Origin: Planctomycetales bacterium
GTDB lineage: Bacteria; Omnitrophota; Gorgyraeia; Zapsychrales; Zapsychraceae
NCBI GenBank assembly: GCA_005239675.1
Contig: SBBO01000020.1
Coordinates: 13,627-77,626 of the forward strand
DNA: 64,000 nt
Reading direction: 5' to 3'
How positions within the stretch are numbered: position 1 is the first letter of the stretch; every line of letters begins with the position of its first letter. The notes under the pieces were generated by a model. It was not told where the DNA came from, did not search any database, and saw only the letters and a list, made by a program, of their open reading frames with translations. Positions 1 through 10,495 of this stretch are shown piece after piece. Position numbers and translations under genes: made by a program.

Positions 1-2
1 AT

Positions 3-647
3 ATTAAGACAGCCGTAGGCACTAGCCATTTTACCGTATGCGTGCCAACGGGTCAGGCGGTTATTGAAACAGCCCTGTGTGGACTTCACAATGTGTACAA
101 TATCCTGGCCGCTATTGGTGTTTGTTACAATGAAGGCATTACGCTTCCCGAGATCGTACGGGGAATTGCGCGTCTTAAGTATGTGCCAGGGCGGCTGGAG
201 CGCCTCGAGAGCCCTAAGGGGTTTTCAGTTTTTATCGATTACGCGCATACCGAGGATGCGTTAAAAAACGTCCTTGAGGCGCTGCGTCACCTTAAGCCTC
301 GCAGGATCATTACGGTCTTTGGATGTGGTGGAGACAGGGATAAGACAAAACGTCCGAAGATGGGGGCAGTGGCAAGCGAACTCTCCGATATTGTCATTGT
401 GACCAATGATAACCCGCGCAGCGAAGACCCAGCGTCGATTGTCGCGCAAATCATTGCTGGTTTTTCCCGGGAGGATTATCAGGTCGTGATGGATAGGGAA
501 GAGGCTATTAAAACCGCGATCACCATTGCCACCCACGGCGATATTGTCCTTATCGCAGGCAAGGGGCATGAGGATTACCAGATTTTTAAAGATAAAACCG
601 TTTCGTTTAATGAACACGCTATTGTGCGCAAGTATTTAACATGCTGA
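3..647 (+). CDS. murE: UDP-MurNAc-tripeptide synthetase MurE, 5'-truncated by window edge
   Basis: DYAHT, FGCGGDRD, DNPR and AGKGHE motifs; overlaps the murF start. Confidence 0.95.
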   Translation: MKTAVGTSHFTVCVPTGQAVIETALCGLHNVYNILAAIGVCYNEGITLPEIVRGIARLKYVPGRLERLESPKGFSVFIDYAHTEDALKNVLEALRHLKPRRIITVFGCGGDRDKTKRPKMGAVASELSDIVIVTNDNPRSEDPASIVAQIIAGFSREDYQVVMDREEAIKTAITIATHGDIVLIAGKGHEDYQIFKDKTVSFNEHAIVRKYLTC

Positions 648-2014
648 CCTTAGAGCAGGTTTTGGCGGCGACCGGTGGCACATTGCTTTGTGGTGGTACC
701 AGACGATATCTGCGTGGGGTCTCCATTGATTCGCGCACCATTCGCCGCGGCGATATTTTTATTGCTATCCGCGGCAAACGCCTCGACGGCCACCAATTTC
801 TTCGCCAGGCTGTCAAGGGGGGTGCTGGCCTAGTGATCATTTCTCGTAAGATTCCTTTTCCTAAGGATATGGCGGTTATTCATGTTAAAGATACGACCAT
901 GGCCTTGGGGCAGATTGCCGCCAGCTACCGCGAGCGCTTTGACATTCCTGTTGTCGCTATCACCGGCAGCGCCGGTAAGACAACGACTAAAGACATGATT
1001 GCCGCGGCCTTGGCCACCAAGTTTAAGGTGTTGAAAAATGCCCAGACCTTGAACAACCAATACGGCGTTGCCTTGACCGTGCTCGGATTAAGACCATCCC
1101 ATGAGGCATTGGTCATTGAACTGGGGACCAGCCATCCCGGAGAGATACAATGGCTCACGCGCATCGTCCAGCCAACCGTAGCCGTTTTAACTAACATCGG
1201 TGAATCCCACCTCGCCGGCCTTAGGAGTCCTCAGGGCGTCTATCAGGAGAAATCTGCTATTTTCCGCAAAATGGATCCACAAGGGCATGTGATCTTTAAT
1301 AGCGATGATTCATGGCTAATGAAGATCCCTACAGAGAAAAGACACCCTACCATCATTACCTATGGCATCCAGCATCCAGCAGATTTTCGGGCCCAGGATA
1401 TCACCATTCAAAATAATAGAAAAATGTGTTTTCACGTCCAACGACATAGATTTATATTAGATACACCGGCAGGACACGGCGCATACAACGCGTTGGCGGC
1501 GATTGCCTGTGCACGATTATTGCGAATCAGTTATCCAGATATCCAAAACGCTTTAGGAGCGGTCAGATTTAAGAACCGCCGTCAACATATTCTTCGTAGC
1601 GGGGCTGTTACCATCATCGATGACACGTATAATTCTAACCCCGTGTCATTGTGTAGCGCCCTGAGGACCATCGATAGCCTGCAGACAAGCGGCCGAAAGA
1701 TCTTGGTGACGGCAGACATGTTGGAATTGGGTGTTCAAAGTCGGCGACTGCACGAACAAGAGGGTAGGATGATTGCCCGCTCCAGCGTTACTGTGGCGAT
1801 CACGATGGGAAAATTGTCCAGGTATGCCGCGCAGGCCCTTCGGCAGGCGAATCCGCATAAGGAGGTGTTTCATTGTCGCTCCATTCACGGAATTTACGGC
1901 CGCTTAAGGCATTGGTGTCGGCCTGGCGATATTGTCCTGGTCAAGGGATCGCGGGCGATGCGGATGGAACGGGTTGTCGAATTTCTTCAACGTTATTTTT
2001 CTAAAAGACGCTGA
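641..2014 (+). CDS. murF: UDP-MurNAc-pentapeptide ligase MurF
   Basis: ITGSAGKTTTK P-loop, DDTYNSNP, DMLELG, LVKGSR; dcw order. Confidence 0.95.
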   Translation: MLTLEQVLAATGGTLLCGGTRRYLRGVSIDSRTIRRGDIFIAIRGKRLDGHQFLRQAVKGGAGLVIISRKIPFPKDMAVIHVKDTTMALGQIAASYRERFDIPVVAITGSAGKTTTKDMIAAALATKFKVLKNAQTLNNQYGVALTVLGLRPSHEALVIELGTSHPGEIQWLTRIVQPTVAVLTNIGESHLAGLRSPQGVYQEKSAIFRKMDPQGHVIFNSDDSWLMKIPTEKRHPTIITYGIQHPADFRAQDITIQNNRKMCFHVQRHRFILDTPAGHGAYNALAAIACARLLRISYPDIQNALGAVRFKNRRQHILRSGAVTIIDDTYNSNPVSLCSALRTIDSLQTSGRKILVTADMLELGVQSRRLHEQEGRMIARSSVTVAITMGKLSRYAAQALRQANPHKEVFHCRSIHGIYGRLRHWCRPGDIVLVKGSRAMRMERVVEFLQRYFSKRR

Positions 2015-2026
2015 GAGGACGAACGG

Positions 2027-3115
2027 ATGTTTTATTATTTGTCACAATTGCGCGATGTATTTTTTGGATTCAATATTTTTCGTTATATTACCTTCCGAGC
2101 GGCCATGGCAGGGTTGACAACGTTTATCCTATGCCTTGTCCTGGCCCCGTGGTTTATCCGTAAACTTAAGAAATTTAAAATTCGCGAGATCACCAAACGC
2201 GAGGATTGCCCCGACCTCGATCAATTTCAGCATTCCAAGCAAGGAACGCCTACCATGGGTGGAATCTTTATTATTGGGACCATCCTTGTCGCGACTCTCC
2301 TTTGGGCCAATCTCAGCAATCCGTACGTCCTTCTTACCATGTTCACCTGTGTTTATCTGGCGGTCCTGGGTGGTATTGACGATTATGTCAAACTGACACA
2401 TCAGGGCTCCCGGCGCGGTCTATCTAAACGCACAAAATTGTTATGGGAAATCCTCCTGGGATGTTTCATCGGTTCTTACGTGTATTTTAATCCGGCGACC
2501 TTAACGACGCTGGACGTGCCGTTCTTCAAGGAGTTCGCGATGGACTTGGGTATTTTGTATATCCCCTTTGCGGCGCTGATCGTCGTGGGCACCTCCAATG
2601 CCGTCAACTTGACGGACGGGCTTGATGGATTAGCCATCGGATCTGTCCTAATGGTGAGTTTAACTTTGGCGATCCTAAGCTATCTTACAGGACATGCGCA
2701 GTTTAGCGGGTACTTGTTTATTCCCTTTATCCCTGGGGCAGGGGAATTAAGCGTTGTATGCGCCGCGATTCTAGGGGCGAGCCTAGGGTTTCTTTGGTTC
2801 AATTGTCCGCCGGCCTGTGTTTTTATGGGAGATACGGGATCATTGTCCTTAGGCGGGACCCTAGGGATTATCGCGGTCCTCATTAAAAAGGAATTGCTCC
2901 TGGTTATTATGGGCGGCGTATTTGTTGCTGAGGCCTTGTCCGTCATTATCCAAGTTATTTCGTTTCGAGTATTTCATAAAAGAGTTTTTAAGATGTCTCC
3001 TTTGCATCATCATTTACAATTGTCAGGATGGCATGAGTCGCAGATTATCATTCGTTTTTGGATTATTGCCATTGTCTTGGCCATCGTCACTTTGATGACA
3101 TTAAAGATTCGTTGA
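2027..3115 (+). CDS. mraY: Phospho-MurNAc-pentapeptide transferase MraY
   Basis: KQGTPTMGG, NAVNLTDGLDGL, FMGDTGS, PLHHH motifs. Confidence 0.97.
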   Translation: MFYYLSQLRDVFFGFNIFRYITFRAAMAGLTTFILCLVLAPWFIRKLKKFKIREITKREDCPDLDQFQHSKQGTPTMGGIFIIGTILVATLLWANLSNPYVLLTMFTCVYLAVLGGIDDYVKLTHQGSRRGLSKRTKLLWEILLGCFIGSYVYFNPATLTTLDVPFFKEFAMDLGILYIPFAALIVVGTSNAVNLTDGLDGLAIGSVLMVSLTLAILSYLTGHAQFSGYLFIPFIPGAGELSVVCAAILGASLGFLWFNCPPACVFMGDTGSLSLGGTLGIIAVLIKKELLLVIMGGVFVAEALSVIIQVISFRVFHKRVFKMSPLHHHLQLSGWHESQIIIRFWIIAIVLAIVTLMTLKIR

Positions 3116-4428
3116 TGGACTTGCAGAATCAGCGTGTAACGATTTTAGGGGCTAAACTGAGCGGCATGGCGATGGCACGCCTGGTGACTCGTCGGGGCGG
3201 TCAAGCAAAGATTTCCGAGAGGATGACTGAGGATTCTGTACCGGCAGATTTCCGGCAATGGGCCCAACAGCAGCGGGTGGCGTGCCAGTTCCAAGGACAC
3301 ACACGCCCTTTTATTGAAGCCAGCGACTGGCTTGTGCTTAGCCCTGGTGTCCCTAAAGACATCCCGGCCGTTCATTGGGCCCAGGCGGATAATATTCCTG
3401 TCTTGGGCGAGATTGAATTTGCATTTCAATGGTGTGATAAACCCGTTATTGCGGTCACCGGCAGTAACGGCAAGACGACGGTGGCGACGCTCATTCATCA
3501 GGTCCTGGAGGCTGCCGGATATCGTTCGTGCTTATGCGGGAATATCGGCACACCCTTTTCCGATTATGTCTTGGATTTGTTTGATAAAGATTTCGTCGTC
3601 CTGGAAGTCAGTTCATTTCAATTAGAAACTATCCTTAGCCAGACCATGCTGCTAGGGAAGGGTGCTGGCATCAAGGGATTTAAACCTTACATCGCCGTCA
3701 TCCTTAACGTTAGCCAAAATCATCTGGACCGTCACAAAGATTTTCAGGAATATCTTGATGCCAAGAAAATGATTTTTATTAACCAAAAGGAGGGTGATTA
3801 CGCAGTTTTAAACGCCAAAGATGATCATTTGAAGCGGTTGGCCCAGGGGGTAAAATCCCAGGTGCGATATTTTGATCCCTCTTTGATGCCTCTAAAGGGC
3901 ATAGAGAGTAATCCTAACTTTGCGGCTGTTTGGGAGATTGCAAAAATCATCGGCATCAAAGAAGCAACCGTAAGTCAGGTGTTGCGGGATTTTAAAGGAG
4001 TTGAACATCGCCTAGAATGGGTGCGTCAAATCAATGGTGTTCATTTTATCAATGACTCGAAGGCAACGACCGCCCAGGCCGCTATCTGGGCGCTCGAACG
4101 GCTAAATGCCCCCGTTATCATGATCTGCGGGGGTCGTGATAAAAATATCGATTTCTCTGCCGCAGCGTCTCTTGTTCGTCAGAAAGTGAAGCGCATGCTT
4201 CTCATTGGCGAGGCCAGAAAGAAGCTCAGAGAGGTATTCAATGGACTGGTAACCATGGAAGAATGCGCCAGCCTTCCTGAGGCGGTCGCGCGGGCCAACG
4301 AGATCGCCCAAGCAGGGGATAGCGTTTTGTTGAGCCCCATGTGCGCCAGTTTCGACATGTTTGCCAATTACCAAGAGAGGGGACGTTGCTTTAAGGAGGC
4401 CGTCCATCATTTGTCCGACTATGCGTGA
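3115..4428 (+). CDS. murD: UDP-MurNAc-L-Ala:D-Glu ligase MurD (start reassigned to ATG 3115, overlapping the mraY stop)
   Basis: VTGSNGKTT, EVSSFQL, HLDRH, NDSKAT, LLSPMCASFD. Confidence 0.95.
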   Translation: MDLQNQRVTILGAKLSGMAMARLVTRRGGQAKISERMTEDSVPADFRQWAQQQRVACQFQGHTRPFIEASDWLVLSPGVPKDIPAVHWAQADNIPVLGEIEFAFQWCDKPVIAVTGSNGKTTVATLIHQVLEAAGYRSCLCGNIGTPFSDYVLDLFDKDFVVLEVSSFQLETILSQTMLLGKGAGIKGFKPYIAVILNVSQNHLDRHKDFQEYLDAKKMIFINQKEGDYAVLNAKDDHLKRLAQGVKSQVRYFDPSLMPLKGIESNPNFAAVWEIAKIIGIKEATVSQVLRDFKGVEHRLEWVRQINGVHFINDSKATTAQAAIWALERLNAPVIMICGGRDKNIDFSAAASLVRQKVKRMLLIGEARKKLREVFNGLVTMEECASLPEAVARANEIAQAGDSVLLSPMCASFDMFANYQERGRCFKEAVHHLSDYA

Positions 4429-5509
4429 TATTCGTATATCCTTGGCTGCCCTGACGATCGTGTTCCTTTGTTTAGGGGCAGTGATGATTTACAGTGCCAG
4501 CGGGGTCTACGCCCTACGGGAATGGGGAGATAAGACCTATTTTCTCAATAGACACTTGGTGTTTTTGTTGATAGGACTTATAGTGACTATCGCGGTCATG
4601 GCTGTCGATTATCGGAACCTGCGGCCGTGGGCCAAGCCTTTGATTGTTGGTGTCCTGATTTTGCTGGTATTGGTCTTAATCCCCCACATTGGTAAGGCTA
4701 GTTACGGGGCCCGCCGTTGGTTTAAAATCGGCATGTTGAGTTTTCAGCCATCGGAGCTTGCCAAGTTGGTCTTGATAATTTATCTGGCAGATTTTCTGGC
4801 ACGAAAACCACATCGGGCAAGTCATTTTTGGGATGGATTCTTACCGCCGATCTTAATCTTGGGGGCCATGTGCTTGTTGATCGTTAAACAGCCAGATTTG
4901 GGCAGCAGTGTGCTTTTGGCAAGCATTACTATTCTTATGTTGTTTGTCGCTGGGGCAAGGCCTGCCCATATCATGGCCCTGGGGGCGTTGGCGCTGCCTT
5001 TAGTTTATTTTTTGATTGTCCGCGTGCCGTACCGTTTAGCGCGTATCCTTGCCTTTCTCGATCCGTGGCAAGACAGTCAGGGCATCGGATTTCAATTGAC
5101 GCAATCGCAGATCGCCCTGGGTTCAGGAGGTCTTTTTGGAGTAGGGTTAGGTCAGAGCGTCCAGAAACTTTTTTATCTACCGGCAGCTCACACGGATTTT
5201 ATTTTTTCCATTATCGGCGAAGAATTGGGGTTGGCAGGGACGCTGGGGTTTATTATTTTATATATCATTTTTATCTGGCAGGGGGCGCGGTTGGCCTCAC
5301 GCGTGACAGATCCCTTTGGTCATTATCTTGCGATAGGGATCGTAGCCATGCTCGGGTTGCAGACCGTGGTTAATATCGGGGTAAGCATTGGGGCAATACC
5401 TACCAAAGGACTGCCGCTTCCTTTTGTAAGCTATGGTGGATCAGCATTAGTTTTTAACATGATGGCCGTAGGGTTCTTATTGAATATTTCACGCGTGCAC
5501 GATCGATGA
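4421..5509 (+). CDS. ftsW: SEDS peptidoglycan polymerase FtsW (start reassigned to ATG 4421)
   Basis: GARRW, FQPSE, QPDLG, LPAAHTDFIF, LPFVSYGGS. Confidence 0.95.
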   Translation: MRDIRISLAALTIVFLCLGAVMIYSASGVYALREWGDKTYFLNRHLVFLLIGLIVTIAVMAVDYRNLRPWAKPLIVGVLILLVLVLIPHIGKASYGARRWFKIGMLSFQPSELAKLVLIIYLADFLARKPHRASHFWDGFLPPILILGAMCLLIVKQPDLGSSVLLASITILMLFVAGARPAHIMALGALALPLVYFLIVRVPYRLARILAFLDPWQDSQGIGFQLTQSQIALGSGGLFGVGLGQSVQKLFYLPAAHTDFIFSIIGEELGLAGTLGFIILYIIFIWQGARLASRVTDPFGHYLAIGIVAMLGLQTVVNIGVSIGAIPTKGLPLPFVSYGGSALVFNMMAVGFLLNISRVHDR

Positions 5510-6591
5510 ATATTGTCATCGCCACAGGCGGTTCAGGAGGACACATCATCCCGGCGCTGCGGGTGGCCGATGAGTTGCGCCGGCATCAATGCAGCATTCG
5601 ATTTTTGGGGGCCTTTAATTTATGGAAGAAATCTATTGAGGACGCTGGGTTTTTGTACGATGAGCTAAGGGTGCGCGGTTTGGAGCTGTACCGGCCGCAT
5701 CGGCTGGCGCATGCACTATTTTTATTGATGAGGGCGACGTGGGTATCCTTGGGATTATTGAAGAAATATAATGTTGATGCCGTGGCGGGCTTTGGTGGCT
5801 ACGGCGCTTTTCCGGTTGTCCTTGCGGGGATTTGTTCTGGCCGACCCACGCTTATTCACGAGCAGAATGTCATACCTGGCCGGGCAAATAGCATTTTGTC
5901 CAGGTGGGTGGAGCGCATCACCATCAGTTTTCCCCAAAGTAGGAAGTTTTTTAATAATCAGCGTAAGATTATTTTTACGGGATGTCCTTCGCATGTCCCA
6001 TCGGTCGCGGTTGACCATAGCGCCCTATTGCAGAAATTTCATTTGGAAAAAGAGAAGAAAACGATTGTCGTTCTAGGGGGTAGTCAAGGTAGTCACCGGA
6101 TCAACGAAGTCTTTGTTCAGACAGTAAGAGAATTAAAAAAGAAAGTGGACATCCAGGTCATTCATCTGTGCGGAAAATCCGATTATGGGACATTAAAAAA
6201 TCAGTACGCGACATTGGCCATACCATTTGCCTTATTTGATTTTTTTGATAAGATGGAACACATTTACCCTTTAGCGGATATCGTGATTGGGCGTGCCGGT
6301 GCCGTTAGCGTAACGGAGTTGATTCATTTTCGCAGACCCTCGATTCTAATTCCGTATCCATACGCGTTTGGTCATCAGCGGTATAATGCGCAGGTGCTTA
6401 CACAAGCAGGAGTGGGACGTTTTATCGAGGAAAGAAATTTCTGCCATGAATGGCTTTTGGATGCAATTAAGGAAATGCTGGCCAAGCCCCCAGGGCTGGA
6501 GCAATGGGACCAACATTTTAACGAGATCCTGGGCCATGATGCGTCCTCTCAGCTGGCACAGGCAATTATGGGATTGAAACGATGTATTTAA
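5506..6591 (+). CDS. murG: Lipid II GlcNAc transferase MurG
   Basis: GGSGGH, HEQN, GGSQG, HQRYNA motifs. Confidence 0.95.
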   Translation: MNIVIATGGSGGHIIPALRVADELRRHQCSIRFLGAFNLWKKSIEDAGFLYDELRVRGLELYRPHRLAHALFLLMRATWVSLGLLKKYNVDAVAGFGGYGAFPVVLAGICSGRPTLIHEQNVIPGRANSILSRWVERITISFPQSRKFFNNQRKIIFTGCPSHVPSVAVDHSALLQKFHLEKEKKTIVVLGGSQGSHRINEVFVQTVRELKKKVDIQVIHLCGKSDYGTLKNQYATLAIPFALFDFFDKMEHIYPLADIVIGRAGAVSVTELIHFRRPSILIPYPYAFGHQRYNAQVLTQAGVGRFIEERNFCHEWLLDAIKEMLAKPPGLEQWDQHFNEILGHDASSQLAQAIMGLKRCI

Positions 6592-7358
6592 GAATTTTTG
6601 TATTGATGGCATGCCTGTCGTTGGCGTTAAATGGCGAGACTTGGGCCACCGAGAATTGGAAGGAGCGTAAGTCTACGCATTTTATCATTTATTACAATCA
6701 GGCACCAGCGGCTTTTATTGATAATGTTGAGGAAATGGCTGAATATTACTACAGCAAAATCGCTAGTGATATGGGGTTTACCCGTTATAAAAGTTGGAGC
6801 TGGGACAAACGGGCCAAGATTTATATTTTTGATAATGCTGAAGATTTTCAGAAATCCGGTGAGCTCCATTGGGCCGATGGGGTTACTTACAGTAGCGCCA
6901 AGATTATTCGCAGCTTCCCTGCCGCCCATGGATTCTTCGACTCAACCTTACCGCACGAATTAGCTCATATTATCTTCCGGGAATTTGTAGGGCTCAAGGC
7001 TAAGGTGCCGGTCTGGTTTGAGGAGGGCATCGCGATGTACCAGGAGAAGGCGAGACGCTGGGGCGCAGATGACATCGTGCGTCAGGCATTAAAAGATGGG
7101 ACATTCCTGTCGCTAGAAGAAATGGCCCAGATCCAGCTATCTGATAAAATGGATCTCAAGGTTATCAAGCTTATCTATGCCGAATCAGCGAGCGTCATCA
7201 ATTATTTGATCAACACATGGGGAAGGCAGCGTTTCGTCATGCTGTGTCGCAAATTACAAAATAACACTCAGTTCGAATGGGCGGTTCATTCTGTTTACAT
7301 TAATTTCAAGGATATTCAACAGTTGAATAAGGCGTGGGTCGCTTATCTCGGGCGATGA
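6582..7358 (+). CDS. Secreted peptidase MA-like (gluzincin) zinc metallopeptidase
   Basis: N-terminal signal peptide, HELAH (HExxH) followed by WFEEG third-ligand motif. Confidence 0.75.
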   Translation: MYLRIFVLMACLSLALNGETWATENWKERKSTHFIIYYNQAPAAFIDNVEEMAEYYYSKIASDMGFTRYKSWSWDKRAKIYIFDNAEDFQKSGELHWADGVTYSSAKIIRSFPAAHGFFDSTLPHELAHIIFREFVGLKAKVPVWFEEGIAMYQEKARRWGADDIVRQALKDGTFLSLEEMAQIQLSDKMDLKVIKLIYAESASVINYLINTWGRQRFVMLCRKLQNNTQFEWAVHSVYINFKDIQQLNKAWVAYLGR

Positions 7359-8758
7359 ATAAACATTATCATTTGATTGGTATCGGCGGCATTGGCATGG
7401 GGACACTCGCTACCCTTCTTTTGAAGAAAGGGTATCAGGTCTCGGGATCCGACCTCTATGATAACCAGATGGTTGCAGAGCTTAAATGGCGGGGAGCACA
7501 TATCGCGATTGGTCATTGTGCCGCGAACATTACTGGAGCAGATTACGTCGTTTTTTCTTCGGCCATTGGCCCTGATAATGTTGAATTGCGCTCAGCCCGG
7601 CAGCAAGGCATTCCTGCCCTGCAGCGAGCGGAGCTATTGGCGGGACTGATGGAAGGGCATATCGGGATTACGGTCGCCGGGGCCCACGGCAAGACGACAA
7701 CGACCTCCATGATTTCTAATATGCTGATCCAAGCGGGTCTGCAGCCAACAACGGCTATTGGCGGGATTGTCCAGCGCGATGTGTTGGACGCCTTAGGCTA
7801 CCAGGCCAGTCTGGGGCAGGGCACTTATTTTGTCGCTGAGGTCGATGAAAGCGACGGATCGTTTCTGAGGTTTTCACCACAATATTCGGTTATTACCAAT
7901 ATTGATTTTGAACATGTGGATTATTTTCATAACTGGGACAATATCTTAGCTAGTTACCGCGATTTTATCCGTCGCACTAAAGCCAATGGTTTGTTGATTG
8001 CTTGCGGGGACGATAGTCGTTTGTCTGATCTTTTGTGTGAGAGCCCTTGTCCGGTCCATACTTATGGATTCGGATTAAAAAATGATACTGTGGCCAAAGA
8101 CATCCGGTTCAATCATTGTTGTGTCGATTTTGATTGCTGGATCGAAGGCCAGCCTTGGGGGAAAGTTCATTTACGTATTCCTGGGACGCACAATATCGCC
8201 AACGCTATGGCCTCTATTGCGCTGGGCACACACCTAGGCATTGCGCCGGAGGTAATTCGCCGGAGTTTAGCCAATTATGCGGGGGCAAAGCGACGTTTTC
8301 AGATTAAAAGTACCGCCGTTGACATTTGGATTGTGGATGATTACGCCCATCACCCAACCGAGATACGCTCGACATTGACGGCCGCCAGGCACATCGGTCG
8401 TAAGCGTCTGGTCACGGTCTTCCAGCCGCATCGATACACGCGCGTGAAATATCTTTGGGAGGAGATGGCAGCAAGTTTTAGGGATAGCGATTATATAATC
8501 CTCACGGATATTTACGCGGCCAGCGAATTGCCTATCGCAGGAATTACATCCGAACGATTAAAAGAAGACATCGCCTCGCAGGTATCGGCCCCTGTCGTTT
8601 ATCTAAAAAAAGAAATGGTTGTCCGTCATGTCTTAGACATGGCCAGGCCGGGGGATTTAATCATGATGATGGGCGCCGGCGATATTACTTATTTGGCCGA
8701 TGAAATGGCGCGGTCGTTGACGACACGAGAGATAGGGAGCGGGGCCATTAAGCAATGA
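7355..8758 (+). CDS. murC: UDP-MurNAc:L-Ala ligase MurC (start reassigned to ATG 7355)
   Basis: IGIGGIGM, AGAHGKTTT, EVDESDGSF, DDYAHHPTE, FQPHRY. Confidence 0.96.
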   Translation: MNKHYHLIGIGGIGMGTLATLLLKKGYQVSGSDLYDNQMVAELKWRGAHIAIGHCAANITGADYVVFSSAIGPDNVELRSARQQGIPALQRAELLAGLMEGHIGITVAGAHGKTTTTSMISNMLIQAGLQPTTAIGGIVQRDVLDALGYQASLGQGTYFVAEVDESDGSFLRFSPQYSVITNIDFEHVDYFHNWDNILASYRDFIRRTKANGLLIACGDDSRLSDLLCESPCPVHTYGFGLKNDTVAKDIRFNHCCVDFDCWIEGQPWGKVHLRIPGTHNIANAMASIALGTHLGIAPEVIRRSLANYAGAKRRFQIKSTAVDIWIVDDYAHHPTEIRSTLTAARHIGRKRLVTVFQPHRYTRVKYLWEEMAASFRDSDYIILTDIYAASELPIAGITSERLKEDIASQVSAPVVYLKKEMVVRHVLDMARPGDLIMMMGAGDITYLADEMARSLTTREIGSGAIKQ

Positions 8759-9723
8759 ACAATGAAGTCAAACAATTCGGTCGTATCGGTGTCCTGATGG
8801 GGGGATATTCTTCCGAACGGGAAATCTCTCTAAAATCAGGCCATGCGATCACTGAAGCCCTGCGTAGGCAAGGCTGCGATGTGATTGCGCTCGATATCGT
8901 TGAACAAGATCGAGAAAATATATTATCCTATATTCGGCAGCGGTCATTGGATCTGGCGTTTATTGCGCTACACGGGCGCCTGGGCGAAGATGGCACCATT
9001 CAGTCCGTCCTCGAGGAGCTTAACGTGGTGTACACGGGTTCCGGTGTTGTGTCCAGTCGAATCGCTATCGACAAGGTATTAACTCAGGACTTATTCCAGA
9101 AAAGTGGGATCATGGTTCCCGACCATATCAGCCTGTCTATGAAGGATACAGCGCGTCATGCCCGCGTTATCCGAGAAATAGATTTTTTTCCAGTTGTCGT
9201 CAAGCCTGCCAGGCAGGGTTCCAGCATTGGTATCAGTCTGGTGCGCGCGCCAGAAGGCCTCGCGGGGGCCGTGCGCGAGGCAGGGGAATACGACGACAAG
9301 ATCTTGGTCGAGCAATATATCCAGGGCAAAGAACTGACCGTTGGTGTCTTAGATAGAGAGGCGCTTCCCGTTATTGAAATCCGTCCCCAGGGGGAATTCT
9401 TCGATTTCACGTCGAAATATAGCTTAGGCAGAAGCGATTACATCATCCCGGCACCGTTATTGCCGGCGATTGCGGCCATGGTTAGTCAGATGGCGCTACG
9501 GGCGCACCAGGTCCTGGGATGTATGGATTTTTCGCGAGTGGATTTTATCCTAGCGGATGATGGTGTTCCCTATGTCTTGGAAGTCAATACGATTCCCGGA
9601 TTTACATCCACCAGCTTATTGCCGAAAGCAGCCCAGGCCATTGGCATTGATTTTGACCATCTATGCCTGCGGCTGGCAGGATTGGCGTATGATAAAAAAA
9701 AGAAGATCAAATACGTTTTCTAA
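8755..9723 (+). CDS. ddl: D-Ala-D-Ala ligase
   Basis: GGYSSERE, LHGRLGEDG, GSSIG, EVNTIPG. Confidence 0.96.
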   Translation: MNNEVKQFGRIGVLMGGYSSEREISLKSGHAITEALRRQGCDVIALDIVEQDRENILSYIRQRSLDLAFIALHGRLGEDGTIQSVLEELNVVYTGSGVVSSRIAIDKVLTQDLFQKSGIMVPDHISLSMKDTARHARVIREIDFFPVVVKPARQGSSIGISLVRAPEGLAGAVREAGEYDDKILVEQYIQGKELTVGVLDREALPVIEIRPQGEFFDFTSKYSLGRSDYIIPAPLLPAIAAMVSQMALRAHQVLGCMDFSRVDFILADDGVPYVLEVNTIPGFTSTSLLPKAAQAIGIDFDHLCLRLAGLAYDKKKKIKYVF

Positions 9724-10480
9724 TGCCCGTGGTTCTTTCTGGGCGCTATGGAAGAAGCGGGGATTTCAGCATATCATCATCGTTATTTTGGTCATCAGCG
9801 CATTGGTCTTTACCGCCCAAAAGGCAGTGGAGGTCTTGTTTGAGTCGCCTTATTTCAGAATTAAAACGATTGAAATCGATCGGGCGCTATCTTTTATCGA
9901 TAAGCGCCATTTGAACGTTTTAAAGGGTAAGAGTGTTTTTACTGTTGACCTTAAACGGCTAGAGCAAGATCTGCGGACCCAATATCCTCAGATCTCCCAG
10001 ATCAAGATCATCAAGAAATTTCCCAGCAGGATTTTAATTGTGGCAAAAAAGCGTCTCGCCTTCGCGCAGGCCTCCATCCAAGCCGGGACCGTCCTTATCG
10101 ATGACCAGGGGGTCATCCTCTCGGTTGGGTCGCCTGTGGACAAGCAGTTGCCCTTAATCCTAGGTGTCACGCATCATAAGAGAATTACCCCTGGGGTATC
10201 TTTGGGGGGCGAAGACACCCTTGCCGCCTTGAACATTATCAAAGAATTTGAAGACAATAATACCCACCACCTTCCGTATCATTTGACTAAAGTAGATGTG
10301 GCCAATCGGTGGGACATTGTCTTTTATCTCTCCAATAATCTGAAGATCATTGTTGATAAAAATGATATTGGTCGGAAAATGGACCTATTGGCGTTGGTTT
10401 TATCCGAAAATCAGCTTACCAGAGAGAATGTAAAATATATAGATCTTAGATTCAAGGAGCCTATCCTGGGCACAAAATAG
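9689..10480 (+). CDS. ftsQ: Cell division protein FtsQ/DivIB (start probably ATG 9689)
   Basis: Basic N-terminus, single TM, POTRA-like region, C-terminal YIDLRF; between ddl and ftsA. Confidence 0.88.
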   Translation: MIKKRRSNTFSNARGSFWALWKKRGFQHIIIVILVISALVFTAQKAVEVLFESPYFRIKTIEIDRALSFIDKRHLNVLKGKSVFTVDLKRLEQDLRTQYPQISQIKIIKKFPSRILIVAKKRLAFAQASIQAGTVLIDDQGVILSVGSPVDKQLPLILGVTHHKRITPGVSLGGEDTLAALNIIKEFEDNNTHHLPYHLTKVDVANRWDIVFYLSNNLKIIVDKNDIGRKMDLLALVLSENQLTRENVKYIDLRFKEPILGTK

Positions 10481-10495
10481 CTTAACAGAGATATC

